Shown here in pieces: positions 28,095-37,927 of a stretch of DNA of 64,000 bases; positions within the stretch are counted from its first letter, which is position 1; each line of letters opens with the position of its first letter. The notes beneath the pieces were generated by a model. It was not told where the DNA came from and ran no database searches. It was given only the letters and a program-made list of their open reading frames with translations. The translations under genes were made by a program, and so were the position numbers. Origin of the DNA: Anaerolineales bacterium (GTDB lineage Bacteria; Chloroflexota; Anaerolineae; Anaerolineales; UBA4823); contig DAOUET010000001.1 of NCBI GenBank assembly GCA_034430155.1, forward strand, positions 342 to 64,341, written 5' to 3'.

Positions 28095-30869
28095 TTATCT
28101 CGAAACTGCTAGCTTAACTAAGTTCCCCTGATCATCGAGGGTAATACGGGCAAAGTGTTGGTGCAGGTGAAATATTTCCGTTTGAGCAGCACTCAGCGTA
28201 TCAGGGTCTGACTGGTCGATGGCTGAGGCTCCTCTTACGGGCACTTGGATTTGTTTGCTCAAGGTAATCACGCTGCGGTTGGGTTTGCGAAGAGGTAGAG
28301 ATTTCGCGCCAAATTGGGATGTCGGGCAATTGTGATCGCCACCTTTACAACCGGCATGCTCCTGACTGCATAGTATCTTGGCGTCGGTCATGCCAGGCAG
28401 ATATTGTTCCACCAGCTGTTTGATCTGACCTAATTTCTCGTCGGACAAGGTGGATGGAGATTGGAACGAGTGATTTTCGCCCTCTACACGATCGCAAATC
28501 GTTCGGATGCGAGCTGGTCGGTGTGTGGAGCGGTAAACTTGGTTTGATCGAACGTCATTTTCCTTGGTTTGGACAAGAGGGTCGCCATAAAGGACAAAAG
28601 AAATCAAGGTCTTTTGATCTTCTCCGTCTAAATATCCCTGGCGACGGAGCATTTCGCGAGCTGTATAGATTTTAGCGCGCCTGAGAGCTTCACCAGCCGG
28701 CAGGGCTTCCCGCAAATATTTCCAAAATGTCTGACCAAGCAGGTCAGCGGCGATGAGAGGAGAGCTGATGGAGCCATAAGACGTGCAGGTCGACCCGACC
28801 ACGACTTGTGCTCCGGAGGAAAGGAATTTTAGCGAAAGGGCTTTTTCGACGGTTTTGTTCAAGATATGGGCACCATAGCAGGCTTCTGTAAAGATTACCT
28901 GAGGCGCACGCCCACCATTGATCACGTCTCGAGGGCGTAAAGCCACTGGATAATCCGGGTCGTTTCCTGGTTCGGTTGGGTCGCGTTGACCATACCATTC
29001 ACTGGCATCCTGCAAGCCATGTAGGTTGAAGTAACCCAGGCGGGCTGATGGTAAAAGATCGTTCTTCTGCGTCCGACCGGGGTGACCGGTGACCTGTACG
29101 GGGGGAGACACCAACATAGCATGGGGTTGCCCGATAGGGCGGAAGACTGAAAGCGAAGCCCGCCGCCAGACTGCCGCGGTATATCCCCAACTAGGACGAG
29201 AGCGGCGAATTGATAATCCTGAAAAAAGCTTCTTCAACCATCGAATCAGCCAGGATCTTGGAGGTAAGATGTTTTGATGGCGAGAGGTGATATCACGCAG
29301 CATACGCAGGAGGGGTTCAGCGTTATACTGGGCGCCACCTGGCAAGCGACCGACAGTCCATTCGGGGATGAAATAATTTTCATCCGAGGATGCGTAGGGG
29401 TTGTCTGAAGGCACATCGATATCAGCATCGTCAACCGGATTCGGCAAGTGATGGAACGGCACCACCTCCGGACCGCCAACGATCAACACAGCCCCAATCA
29501 TTTCACCCTTTCTCGCCAGGGCAGCGTCCAGATCAGCCAAGGTCAGTTTGAGCTCCCAGGCATCATCCGGACGGGCAGGCACCAGTCCAAAAGCACCTGT
29601 GCTGCGGGGGTCATCCGCGTATAGGAGAATTGCTCTCCAATCCGGCCGGGTATCTATGGTTTTTACCAATCGTTTCATCTCGGATTCAATAGCCGTGAAT
29701 TGCCGTCCATAGTGGGTTTCCAAGCCTTTTTTGGTCGTAAATAGCACATAAACCGGGAAACGTCCGTCGGAGTGAGCCAGATAGTTATGTTTTAGGCGAC
29801 CTGCCAGACGCTGCAGCTCCTTTTGAACTGAGCGCAATGATTTGGGAATCTTTGGAAGGGGAGGTGAAGGCCGGTGGGATCTCCGAAGAGACGGATGGCT
29901 GCCTCCTTCTGCGGTTTTGGCATTCATGCAGGTGACTTGCGGTTGCTGCCGTTTGGTTGGACGAGTAAGTTCACCAGCCGGGTCACTTTTTGCGATCACT
30001 TCATCTGTATTCGAACTTTCTGGTGTAGTTGAATCTGTATGGGTGGGAGCTTTTCTGCCAGCTGGGAGCTGGTTCCATCCCAAAACGGCAGCAACATCAG
30101 CGGGGATGGGTATTTCCCAAATGACCTTCAGATCAGACGGCCAGAGTCTAATGTACCGGTGATCTTGACCCCAAAGACGAGTGGACACCTGGGCGGTAAT
30201 ATCCAATGAGGCTGCCTGGTGTAAAAGAGCCACCGCTTTTTCTGACTCGCCACCTTCCAAGAGCGATTCTGCCAGTATCAATTTACAAACCAAACAACCA
30301 GGCCAGCGTTCGTGGTAAAGTTCTGCAAGATCCCTCAGGGCAAATCCGGGCAGGTTTCTCCGGGCACTTATCTGCAAGTGGGTAACGGCGATTATGGGGG
30401 TTATTTGTGCTTCGATCAAGGTTTGGTGAATATATTCTTCGGCTGTCTCCAAAATGCCATCTACAAGTGCCTTACGGGCGGCGTAGAGAGCACTAGCCCA
30501 GTAGGGTTTGGGTTCACCGGGATAAAGATTATCCCCTATGGCAAATAGTTGAGCTTTGGCGTCAGCGATGTTTGGTGAACCGGTCAGGTCATAAACTTGC
30601 AGAAGTAACTTTTGAGCTTCGATATCCTCTGGGTCAGCCAGTAAAAGCTCTTCTAAGACTTGTCTGGCTTGATTTACAGCGCCGGATTGGATCAGGGAGC
30701 GGGCGTGCAGCCCTCGAACTGGTAAATCTCCGGGATAATAAGCCAACCATGCTAATGCAACCCGACGGGCAAAGCGGTCAGCACCGACAGAAAGGGCAGT
30801 ACGCATCAAAACCAAGAAATCGGAACGAGAGACGTATTGTCTAGGAGAGATCATAGTAACAGCACTCAT
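28095..30869 (-). CDS. TPR-like N-terminal domain + clan-CD cysteine peptidase (gingipain C25 / caspase-like) protein
   Basis: 924 aa. The N-terminal ~230 aa are helical-repeat. The middle is a Pro/Ser/basic linker. The C-terminal half has the C25-type block VLIVGGPEVVPFH...DVPSDNPYAS...EWTVGRLPG. The catalytic-type His sits in YFNLHGL (codon 29019-29021) and the Cys in VIFTEACYG (codon 28878-28880). Its ATG overlaps the upstream gene's stop (ATGA). Confidence 0.65.
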   Translation of the reverse strand: MSAVTMISPRQYVSRSDFLVLMRTALSVGADRFARRVALAWLAYYPGDLPVRGLHARSLIQSGAVNQARQVLEELLLADPEDIEAQKLLLQVYDLTGSPNIADAKAQLFAIGDNLYPGEPKPYWASALYAARKALVDGILETAEEYIHQTLIEAQITPIIAVTHLQISARRNLPGFALRDLAELYHERWPGCLVCKLILAESLLEGGESEKAVALLHQAASLDITAQVSTRLWGQDHRYIRLWPSDLKVIWEIPIPADVAAVLGWNQLPAGRKAPTHTDSTTPESSNTDEVIAKSDPAGELTRPTKRQQPQVTCMNAKTAEGGSHPSLRRSHRPSPPLPKIPKSLRSVQKELQRLAGRLKHNYLAHSDGRFPVYVLFTTKKGLETHYGRQFTAIESEMKRLVKTIDTRPDWRAILLYADDPRSTGAFGLVPARPDDAWELKLTLADLDAALARKGEMIGAVLIVGGPEVVPFHHLPNPVDDADIDVPSDNPYASSDENYFIPEWTVGRLPGGAQYNAEPLLRMLRDITSRHQNILPPRSWLIRWLKKLFSGLSIRRSRPSWGYTAAVWRRASLSVFRPIGQPHAMLVSPPVQVTGHPGRTQKNDLLPSARLGYFNLHGLQDASEWYGQRDPTEPGNDPDYPVALRPRDVINGGRAPQVIFTEACYGAHILNKTVEKALSLKFLSSGAQVVVGSTCTSYGSISSPLIAADLLGQTFWKYLREALPAGEALRRAKIYTAREMLRRQGYLDGEDQKTLISFVLYGDPLVQTKENDVRSNQVYRSTHRPARIRTICDRVEGENHSFQSPSTLSDEKLGQIKQLVEQYLPGMTDAKILCSQEHAGCKGGDHNCPTSQFGAKSLPLRKPNRSVITLSKQIQVPVRGASAIDQSDPDTLSAAQTEIFHLHQHFARITLDDQGNLVKLAVSR

Positions 30870-33800
30870 GATGACACATTTATAGATATGGGGCGGCGGT
30901 TGTGGACTAGGTTGAGAGCAACAATAGCTCCTAGCTGGCGGTGGATTGTTAAATCCTCCGGAGCCAAGTCAGCGGCTCTACGCAGCATATCCTCAGCCGC
31001 CTGGTAGTCACGGATTTCTTTTAGCACAAGGCCAGATTGATAATAGGCACGCGGGTCTTTAGGGGCGATGGATATGGCCTGGTGGTAGGTATTCAGGGCG
31101 AGATCGTACTGGCGTCGTTCTTGATAGGCTGAGCCTAATTCGAGATAGGGCTTGAGGTCCTCGGTAAGCAGCTGGATGGCTTCGCTTAGGTGGTGTATGG
31201 CCTGGTCAAGTTGGCCAGATTGATGAAGCAAGCTACCTAATAAGTAATGGGCGTGTCCCTGAACATCGGGATCCAAGGCGCTGCTCTTGCCGTGCAAGGC
31301 TCGTTGAGCTGCATGGATTGCAGCCTCCCTTTGTCCGGCAGCCGCCAACGCAGTCGCTAATGGGGCGAGTATTGCTGGTTCATCCGGATAATCCTCGGCA
31401 AGATCTTGCAGGGCAGCAAAGGCAGCTTGAGAACCCTGACTTTTTTCAAGAAAATCTACCCGTTCGACCAACAATGGCAGTGGGTCGGAAGAATTCTTAA
31501 TGGCTTGTTCCACCGTTGAAAGGGCATCACTATAGCGTTCAAGACCATCCAGGGCACGAGCCAGATAGTGCAAAGCCTCGGGATCATCAGGTTTAATTTT
31601 AAGAGCCGCTTGAGCCCGCTGGTAAGCACCTCTGGGGTCAGCGGCCTTCAAAGCAACCTCACAACGAAGGAGGAGAGGATCTATCTTATCGGGCTCTAGG
31701 GAAATGGCGTTTTCGACAAGCAAAGCTGCCTTAGCGATATCGCCCTCGGCAATATAAACCTTAGCTAAGGCCATATAAATCTCATAATCCCGGGGCGCAA
31801 GTCGTTGAGCGCCTTCAAGTACCTGAAGTGCACGATCAAGATCACCAGCCTGCATAAGGGCTTCCCCCAAAATGAGATGATGGGTGACATTTTCAGGCTC
31901 CAATTCCGCGGCTTGTTCCAAGTGGGTGATGGCAGCGATGGGGTCACCGGTTTCAAGGTGCAATTGTGCTGCCTGGCTATGCCAACGCGGTTCGTTAGGC
32001 CAGAAGGATAAGGCTGTTTGAAGGGCTTTGAGCGCACTGGGATAATCACCAGTTCGGTGGGCTATGTCAGCATAAAGCACGTGATAAAGCGGTTGATTGG
32101 GTTCCTTATCGACAGCTGATTTGGATTTATTTTTCGCTTCCAGGATATCCTCCTGGCGGCGTCCACGGTAGCCTAATGAGAGGGCTTGCTGGATGAGGAC
32201 ATTGGCATTATATGAGTAAGGATTAGATCTATGAATATCGGTATCAATAGCAAGAGGCGTCTCTGCAAAATCACCTAATTCACGTGCTGTCGCGATACGA
32301 GCCGCGATATCATCGGGTTGAGATGAAAGCGCATCCAAGGCGTGGAGATTTTCTGGGTTAGGCTGAAAAACTGCTTCACCACGTGCTCTCCAACGCTGAA
32401 TCATCAAAGGGAGATTTACCTGTTCATACTGATGTGAAACTGGAAAGCACTCAGTAGCTTTACGCATGCATTCATCGAACGATTGATAAGTTCGTTGGGT
32501 TAATGAAACGGGTCCAGGTGCGTGTTTAATAACATCTGCTGTTTCGCATATGCGTTGATATTCGCCGCGTAAAACCAAGGTACGTGCTAGCTGGAGATGG
32601 CTATAGGGTTCTGAGGGAGCAAGGTTGATAGCTCTGCGCAGGAGGTATAAAGCCATATCCCACTGAGAGAGATCAAGGGCCGCGGCAGCCAGGGCATTTA
32701 GATCTTGAATTTCTGCATAAAGAGCAATTAATGATGAAGTCGGAGAATCGGTCTTGAATGAAATAGCGTGAGGTTCATCACCACTCTCGCTTTGGTCAAT
32801 GTTAAGGGACCCTGCGCTTGCCTCAAAATTCTCCAATCCCAATTTGAGGGTCTCAAAGGCCGTGGGGTTATCACCCCGTGGCTGGGTAAGCCGAGCTTGT
32901 AAAGCGATAATGCGAGGGTGGTTGGGATCAATGCCGATAGCTTTGGTCAGTGCCTCCGCAGCAGCAATCTCCTCACCCTCATCCAGAGCCAATTCAGCGG
33001 AAAGAGCGTAGTAAAGGAAAGCAGCAGTATCCTGTGGGTCATTATTCTCATCCGGTTTAGCATCTGCATAGGAATTTTGATCGCCTGATATGATTTCGCT
33101 CAAAAACCTGCGAGCTTTACCAGGCTGTAGTAAAGCGCGAGACAAGTCTCCAGCGAATGCGCGTGCCAGAAATGCATTCGAACTACCTGTCGTCTGGCTG
33201 CAAGAAGAAACCATTTGTTCAGCGTGAGAAAGGGCCTCAATAAGATCTCCACTAGACCTCAGGATCAGAGCAAGTCTGTGGTGTAAGGTGAGATCGCTGG
33301 GGTTATCCTGTAAGGCATGCTCCAAGGCAGCTTGAGCTGCCTGGGGACGATCCAAATAAAGCAGTAGATCAGCCTTAGAGATATGCAAAGCAGAATCTTG
33401 CGGATTGAGTGTAATGGCACGATTGATAGCTTCCAGGGCACTGTCGTGCTCTCCAGCGTACTTATAGGCAATCGAAAGATCATGAAGCATGCTCGCATCT
33501 GGCTCTGGAAGCAGATTAAGCGCCCGTTCCAGGCATGCGATCGCGCCAGAGGTATCGTTCAGGTTAAGCAATCCCTGGGCAGCTTGTGATAAATCTCCTG
33601 TTTGCGTATGTTCAGAAGAGAGCACTTGATGAAAAGCCTTACGGGCGGCGGTGGTGTCCCCGGTTTGAGTCTGGATGGAGGCCAGCTGCACCAATAAGCT
33701 CGTATCGGCAGGGTTGAGTTGTACGGCGCGACCGAGAGCCTGGAGCGCCTGTGAGTGAGCATCGAGCAGCAGGGCATGCTTCGCGAACCAGGAAAGCGTT

Positions 33801-36490
33801 TCAATATCATCGGGAGCCAGATGGATGGCGTTTTGGGCTGCTGCCAAGGCTTCCTTTGGCAATTGTAGTTTGAGGTACGCCTCAGCCATCAAGCGTTGAA
33901 TATCGGAGTTCTTTGGGTCCAGAAGGGCGCTTTCTTGCAAGATTGCGATGGCAACTTCAGGTTTTTCCAGAGCGAGGGCGGTGCGACCCAAGCCTGTAGC
34001 CAAACGGTTGTGCCAGAATGGGTCGTTGACCAAATCACTATCGAATACATTGAAATAGGATTGCAGAGCGGGGAGCAGCTCGCCATTAGCTGCCATGGCT
34101 TCAGCCAGATATGCTTGACCTAAGGTATTTTCAGGGGAAAGAGTCAAGGCATGACGGGCAGCTTGCAGAGCTTCTTCTGGATGGTCCCCGGTTTCTAAGA
34201 GTGCGAAGGCGTAATCCAGGTGCGGGAAGGGATCGGTCGGTTGTGTCTGCATTGCGACGACTAACGGGGAGATGGCTGCATTAGGTTCATTGAGAGCCAG
34301 TAAGGATTTTGCATAAGCGTGGGCGAGTCCTGGATATGCGGGATTGGTCTGGTAGGCTTCCGCTAAGATTTTGCGCGCCTCGTTCAAATGACCAAGTTCA
34401 TGCAAAGTCTCTCCTAATCGGGTTGCGATATGGGCAGATTGATCCTGATGAGCTAATAAGCTTCGCTCCCCAGGAAGGCCCTTGGCGTTCTTTTTAAGAA
34501 GCGGTGCTAGGGTATGAGGGCGCGAGGCTTGATAAGCCTGCTGTAAGCTGTGTAACGCCTGGGTTGGGGCATTCTGCCTTAGATATATTTCTGCAAGTTC
34601 CAGGTGAACAAGGGGATCGCTGGCGACGGCATGAGTAGCTGATCGCAGGGTGTCGATAGCTTTATCTAAATGACCTGCTCGCTGGTGGGCGTGCGCCAGT
34701 GCCAACCAAGGGGTAGATTGGTAAGGCGTGAATTGGGTAGCTTGTTGGAGATGGTCAAAGGCAGCTTGAGTGTCTCCAAGCGCTTCTAATGCCTCGCCAA
34801 AAGCTGTATGAGCTAAACCATCGGCTGGGCTTTCCCGCAGGATTTGCTGGCAAATGTCTGCAGCGCGCTGAGGTTCACCAGCATGTAAAGCACAGGTAGC
34901 CAGAGCATAATAATGATCATAAGAGGGCCAGGGTAAATCTGGGCTGGGGGTAAAACGCTTTTCCAGTAATTGGGTGCGTTCTTTGAGAGCGTCAGACCAA
35001 TTCCCATTCATCTCGAGGTATTCAACCAGGACAAAGCGCAAGTCGGTGCGCTGAGGGGAAAGCGTAACCGCCATTTGCGCAGCTTCTACGGCAGCGGAAA
35101 GATCCCTAGAGATACGAAACAAGTTTGCCATGGAAGCGTAAAGATCGGGGTCATTGGGCTGTGAGGCGACGGCAAAATGAGCAGCCTTAATAGCTTCATT
35201 AGGCAAACCCAGATCAGCGAATAAATTCATGAGATTGCGGCTAAGACCAGCAGCAACAGAAGCGGATAGCCGGCTGTGTTCCTCACCGATAGTCGTGAGG
35301 GGCTTAACCTGTACTTCTAAAATTTTTAAAGCATGTCGAGCGTTTTTACAAGCCTTATCGAAATTTCCTTGCGATACCGCCAACCGGGCGATGGCCAATA
35401 GATAGGCGGCATCATTAGCGCTTTCTTGATCTTCATCAATAGATGGAAATAAGGCAAGGGCATCGGCCGGTTGGTCTGCTTCCAGCAAGGCTAATATTAA
35501 ACCGGGGGGGGGAAAACTCTCAATGGTAGAACCATATCCATTGGTATGCGGGCGTAATTGCTTCCAGGTTGTCAGGGCTGTGTCAATATTCCCATTTCTG
35601 GCGATCGCCTCGGAGATCTGATCAGCGATCTGGGTCTGCAGCCGTTGGCTGGCTTGAAACGCCATAGTCTCCAAGGAGGCCGATTGTGATATCTGTCCGC
35701 CAATGAAGTTGAGATCAGCCTGAGAGATCAGGTGCACAATTTGATCTATTTGTTCAGCATAATTTCTGTATATCTGACGATTAGGTACGGTAGGTCCCTC
35801 ATTGAGGGTCGACAAGGCTATTGTTGAGGCCAATGCTGGATTGGCGCTTTGAAGGATCCTAAGAAATGTTACCAGATCGTTCAATCGTAAGTCACGCAAG
35901 GCTCCTTCAAGAATGTCTACCTGTTTAGAAGGAGGGATGGGGTTACTTAGAAGGGCATGGGTGGCAAGTTTGAGGTTAGTTATGGGAGCATTGGGATAGA
36001 TGAGGGAACGAAGCAGATCGCTTTGATCCTCAGCAAGACCCAATAAGCATGCCAATGGCGTGTACCAATTGGTCAGGTGAGATGCAAACAAGTCTGCGGT
36101 TAATCCATTCCAGGAACCTATCTTTTGGCGGCGTTCTGCCAAAGCGATGGCTAACAAACCTGCATGAGCCAGGGTAAGTTTATCTGGTAATCCAGAGGAA
36201 TCATCATTAAGGAGGGTCTGGTATGTGCGGACAGCGCGTTGGCGCAGTTTTTCTTCCAATTTATCAAATTCAAGGGGATACGGGTAATCCAGATCAATCA
36301 AGGCCAAAACCGCCGGGGACCATGCCTCAGGATTATTGCCGATTTTGCTAATCGCGCCCTTTCTTTTTTCTTCCTCTTGGAGGGTTTCCCAAATGAGGGC
36401 ATCCTGTCTCAAGGCCGCGATAACCCACGACCAGCTGGTTTCAGGTAAAAGTTCCTTTAATTCGACGACAAGGGATGGGGTCACATTCAT
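30866..36490 (-). CDS. Giant tetratricopeptide-repeat (TPR) protein
   Basis: ~1875 aa from ATG 36490; the ORF track extends to 36544 and would overlap the upstream gene. It contains dozens of 34-aa A/L/Y-rich repeats (...A...Y..AL.L.P....A...LG..), with no other recognisable domain. Confidence 0.8.
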   Translation of the reverse strand: MNVTPSLVVELKELLPETSWSWVIAALRQDALIWETLQEEEKRKGAISKIGNNPEAWSPAVLALIDLDYPYPLEFDKLEEKLRQRAVRTYQTLLNDDSSGLPDKLTLAHAGLLAIALAERRQKIGSWNGLTADLFASHLTNWYTPLACLLGLAEDQSDLLRSLIYPNAPITNLKLATHALLSNPIPPSKQVDILEGALRDLRLNDLVTFLRILQSANPALASTIALSTLNEGPTVPNRQIYRNYAEQIDQIVHLISQADLNFIGGQISQSASLETMAFQASQRLQTQIADQISEAIARNGNIDTALTTWKQLRPHTNGYGSTIESFPPPGLILALLEADQPADALALFPSIDEDQESANDAAYLLAIARLAVSQGNFDKACKNARHALKILEVQVKPLTTIGEEHSRLSASVAAGLSRNLMNLFADLGLPNEAIKAAHFAVASQPNDPDLYASMANLFRISRDLSAAVEAAQMAVTLSPQRTDLRFVLVEYLEMNGNWSDALKERTQLLEKRFTPSPDLPWPSYDHYYALATCALHAGEPQRAADICQQILRESPADGLAHTAFGEALEALGDTQAAFDHLQQATQFTPYQSTPWLALAHAHQRAGHLDKAIDTLRSATHAVASDPLVHLELAEIYLRQNAPTQALHSLQQAYQASRPHTLAPLLKKNAKGLPGERSLLAHQDQSAHIATRLGETLHELGHLNEARKILAEAYQTNPAYPGLAHAYAKSLLALNEPNAAISPLVVAMQTQPTDPFPHLDYAFALLETGDHPEEALQAARHALTLSPENTLGQAYLAEAMAANGELLPALQSYFNVFDSDLVNDPFWHNRLATGLGRTALALEKPEVAIAILQESALLDPKNSDIQRLMAEAYLKLQLPKEALAAAQNAIHLAPDDIETLSWFAKHALLLDAHSQALQALGRAVQLNPADTSLLVQLASIQTQTGDTTAARKAFHQVLSSEHTQTGDLSQAAQGLLNLNDTSGAIACLERALNLLPEPDASMLHDLSIAYKYAGEHDSALEAINRAITLNPQDSALHISKADLLLYLDRPQAAQAALEHALQDNPSDLTLHHRLALILRSSGDLIEALSHAEQMVSSCSQTTGSSNAFLARAFAGDLSRALLQPGKARRFLSEIISGDQNSYADAKPDENNDPQDTAAFLYYALSAELALDEGEEIAAAEALTKAIGIDPNHPRIIALQARLTQPRGDNPTAFETLKLGLENFEASAGSLNIDQSESGDEPHAISFKTDSPTSSLIALYAEIQDLNALAAAALDLSQWDMALYLLRRAINLAPSEPYSHLQLARTLVLRGEYQRICETADVIKHAPGPVSLTQRTYQSFDECMRKATECFPVSHQYEQVNLPLMIQRWRARGEAVFQPNPENLHALDALSSQPDDIAARIATARELGDFAETPLAIDTDIHRSNPYSYNANVLIQQALSLGYRGRRQEDILEAKNKSKSAVDKEPNQPLYHVLYADIAHRTGDYPSALKALQTALSFWPNEPRWHSQAAQLHLETGDPIAAITHLEQAAELEPENVTHHLILGEALMQAGDLDRALQVLEGAQRLAPRDYEIYMALAKVYIAEGDIAKAALLVENAISLEPDKIDPLLLRCEVALKAADPRGAYQRAQAALKIKPDDPEALHYLARALDGLERYSDALSTVEQAIKNSSDPLPLLVERVDFLEKSQGSQAAFAALQDLAEDYPDEPAILAPLATALAAAGQREAAIHAAQRALHGKSSALDPDVQGHAHYLLGSLLHQSGQLDQAIHHLSEAIQLLTEDLKPYLELGSAYQERRQYDLALNTYHQAISIAPKDPRAYYQSGLVLKEIRDYQAAEDMLRRAADLAPEDLTIHRQLGAIVALNLVHNRRPISINVSS

Positions 36491-36512
36491 TTTTTCACCA
36501 ATTAGGAATTCA

Positions 36513-36833
36513 CTAGAAACGAAAAACCAACCAGCTGGCCGCAATCATCAGACCAACGCCTAGCAAAGTCAAAAATACTCCGATCCCTGCAGAGGTGCGG
36601 ATCAAATCATTGGTGGCATTGAGCAGGGCGGAGGCATTGCCGACCAGTCCTGCAACCTCTTCTGCCAGACCTTTTTTCACGAGAAGGGAAGTTTGTTTGG
36701 CTATCGAGCGGACCTCCGCTCCCAATGTACGACGAACCAGGATAATCACTCCGATGATGAAAGAGATGATTCCTATGATGAAAAAACCCAGGATGATGCC
36801 CATTTGAAGATCAAGCAAAGTGATGTTAACCAT
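36513..36833 (-). CDS. Small two-TM membrane protein
   Basis: 106 aa with two clear hydrophobic helices flanking an amphipathic segment. It is tightly packed in the operon, with a 10-nt gap upstream and a 22-nt gap downstream. Confidence 0.5.
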   Translation of the reverse strand: MVNITLLDLQMGIILGFFIIGIISFIIGVIILVRRTLGAEVRSIAKQTSLLVKKGLAEEVAGLVGNASALLNATNDLIRTSAGIGVFLTLLGVGLMIAASWLVFRF

Positions 36834-36843
36834 ATGTCACTCC

Positions 36844-37671
36844 TCAAGGTGCTAAAACGCCAATTAGCGGAAATTCACAATCCAGGTGATTTCCGGTTGA
36901 GATGAGTTGGAGCCAGTTTTGAACAGCTTCAGAGACATCCATATCCGTTCGGATGTGATTTGGTACCAATCTTAAGATTTTATTGATATCTGATGATGAC
37001 GATGAGGGCCTGCCTATTTGTTGACAAAGACCTTGAAGCAAGCTGGTCTGCCCCTGGAGGGCTGAGCCTCGATCTACCCAAGGTAGGGGTAGGGCACTAA
37101 TAACTCTATCACCCTCAAAAGAATCTATGCCGCTTCGCAAGCCTCCGAAGAAATTTATGATTTCAATCAATCCGGTCTCGTCTAGTAGGACATAATGGTT
37201 CCACCAAACATCTCCAGAGTGCAGTATTTCGAAGAATTCTTCAGATAGAAGTCCTTGCTGGTTAATCTTCATGATCTGCGTGAAAGAGGTGGATGCAACT
37301 GGATTCTGATCGAAGGGTGTTGGGTAGATCGGAACTAAGTTGAGATGAAATCTACTTGGAAGGTAGATCATTAGCCAGATACTTTCGAGGCGAGGACTTT
37401 GGGATTTGAAATGATCGACGCCAATGAATAAGATATTCTGCTGCGCAGTGGCAGGGCTGGCCTGGAAAGTACTCTCATCCTGAGAAAGGGACTCGTTCCT
37501 TGGGTGGTGAGGATCACCGGCCAGAAGACCAGCGATCAAGCCTAGCAACAGGCATAACCCAAAAACGAAAAGGTAAACGCTCAGCTGCGGGCTTTTCACC
37601 AGGCTAGTAAAGAATGCCCTTATTTGGTTATCAGGTTGGATATGCCAACGCCTGAGAATAAAGTCTTTCAA
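36844..37671 (-). CDS. Membrane-anchored protein with a degenerate LytR/CpsA/Psr-like motif
   Basis: 275 aa with an N-terminal TM anchor. NILFIGVDHFKSQSPRLESIWLMIYLP resembles the LCP-family NILLLG.D....R.DTIML block, but the conserved Arg/Asp positions are partly lost. Confidence 0.45.
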   Translation of the reverse strand: MKDFILRRWHIQPDNQIRAFFTSLVKSPQLSVYLFVFGLCLLLGLIAGLLAGDPHHPRNESLSQDESTFQASPATAQQNILFIGVDHFKSQSPRLESIWLMIYLPSRFHLNLVPIYPTPFDQNPVASTSFTQIMKINQQGLLSEEFFEILHSGDVWWNHYVLLDETGLIEIINFFGGLRSGIDSFEGDRVISALPLPWVDRGSALQGQTSLLQGLCQQIGRPSSSSSDINKILRLVPNHIRTDMDVSEAVQNWLQLISTGNHLDCEFPLIGVLAP

Positions 37672-37681
37672 GGAAAATCCT

Positions 37682-37906
37682 TTAGTGGAGGATTTGTGAA
37701 CCGAATATCCCGATGATGAAACCGAGGAAAAGCCCTGAAAGCGACCAAAACAGTGTCATGCTGCGGGTCAATGACTTGAGACGCGCTTCATAAAGGTCGT
37801 AACTCCATCGGACTAAGCCTTGTACTAGGGAGGACCTACTTAACAACCAAACCGCCAGGTCCCAAAAATTAATTTCTAAGCGGGTCGTAAGGTCTTGAAT
37901 GTTCAA
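37682..37906 (-). CDS. Small C-tail-anchored membrane protein
   Basis: 74 aa with a C-terminal TM helix (LFWSLSGLFLGFIIGIFG). Operon spacing supports the call; I see no recognisable homology. Confidence 0.4.
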   Translation of the reverse strand: MNIQDLTTRLEINFWDLAVWLLSRSSLVQGLVRWSYDLYEARLKSLTRSMTLFWSLSGLFLGFIIGIFGSQILH

Positions 37907-37927
37907 CAGTAATTTCCTTATGACAGA

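Noticed and set aside
36491-36544. 18-codon N-terminal extension of the giant TPR ORF.
   Set aside because: It would overlap the stop region of the upstream 106-aa membrane protein by 32 nt. The internal ATG at 36490 gives a clean 22-nt intergenic gap.
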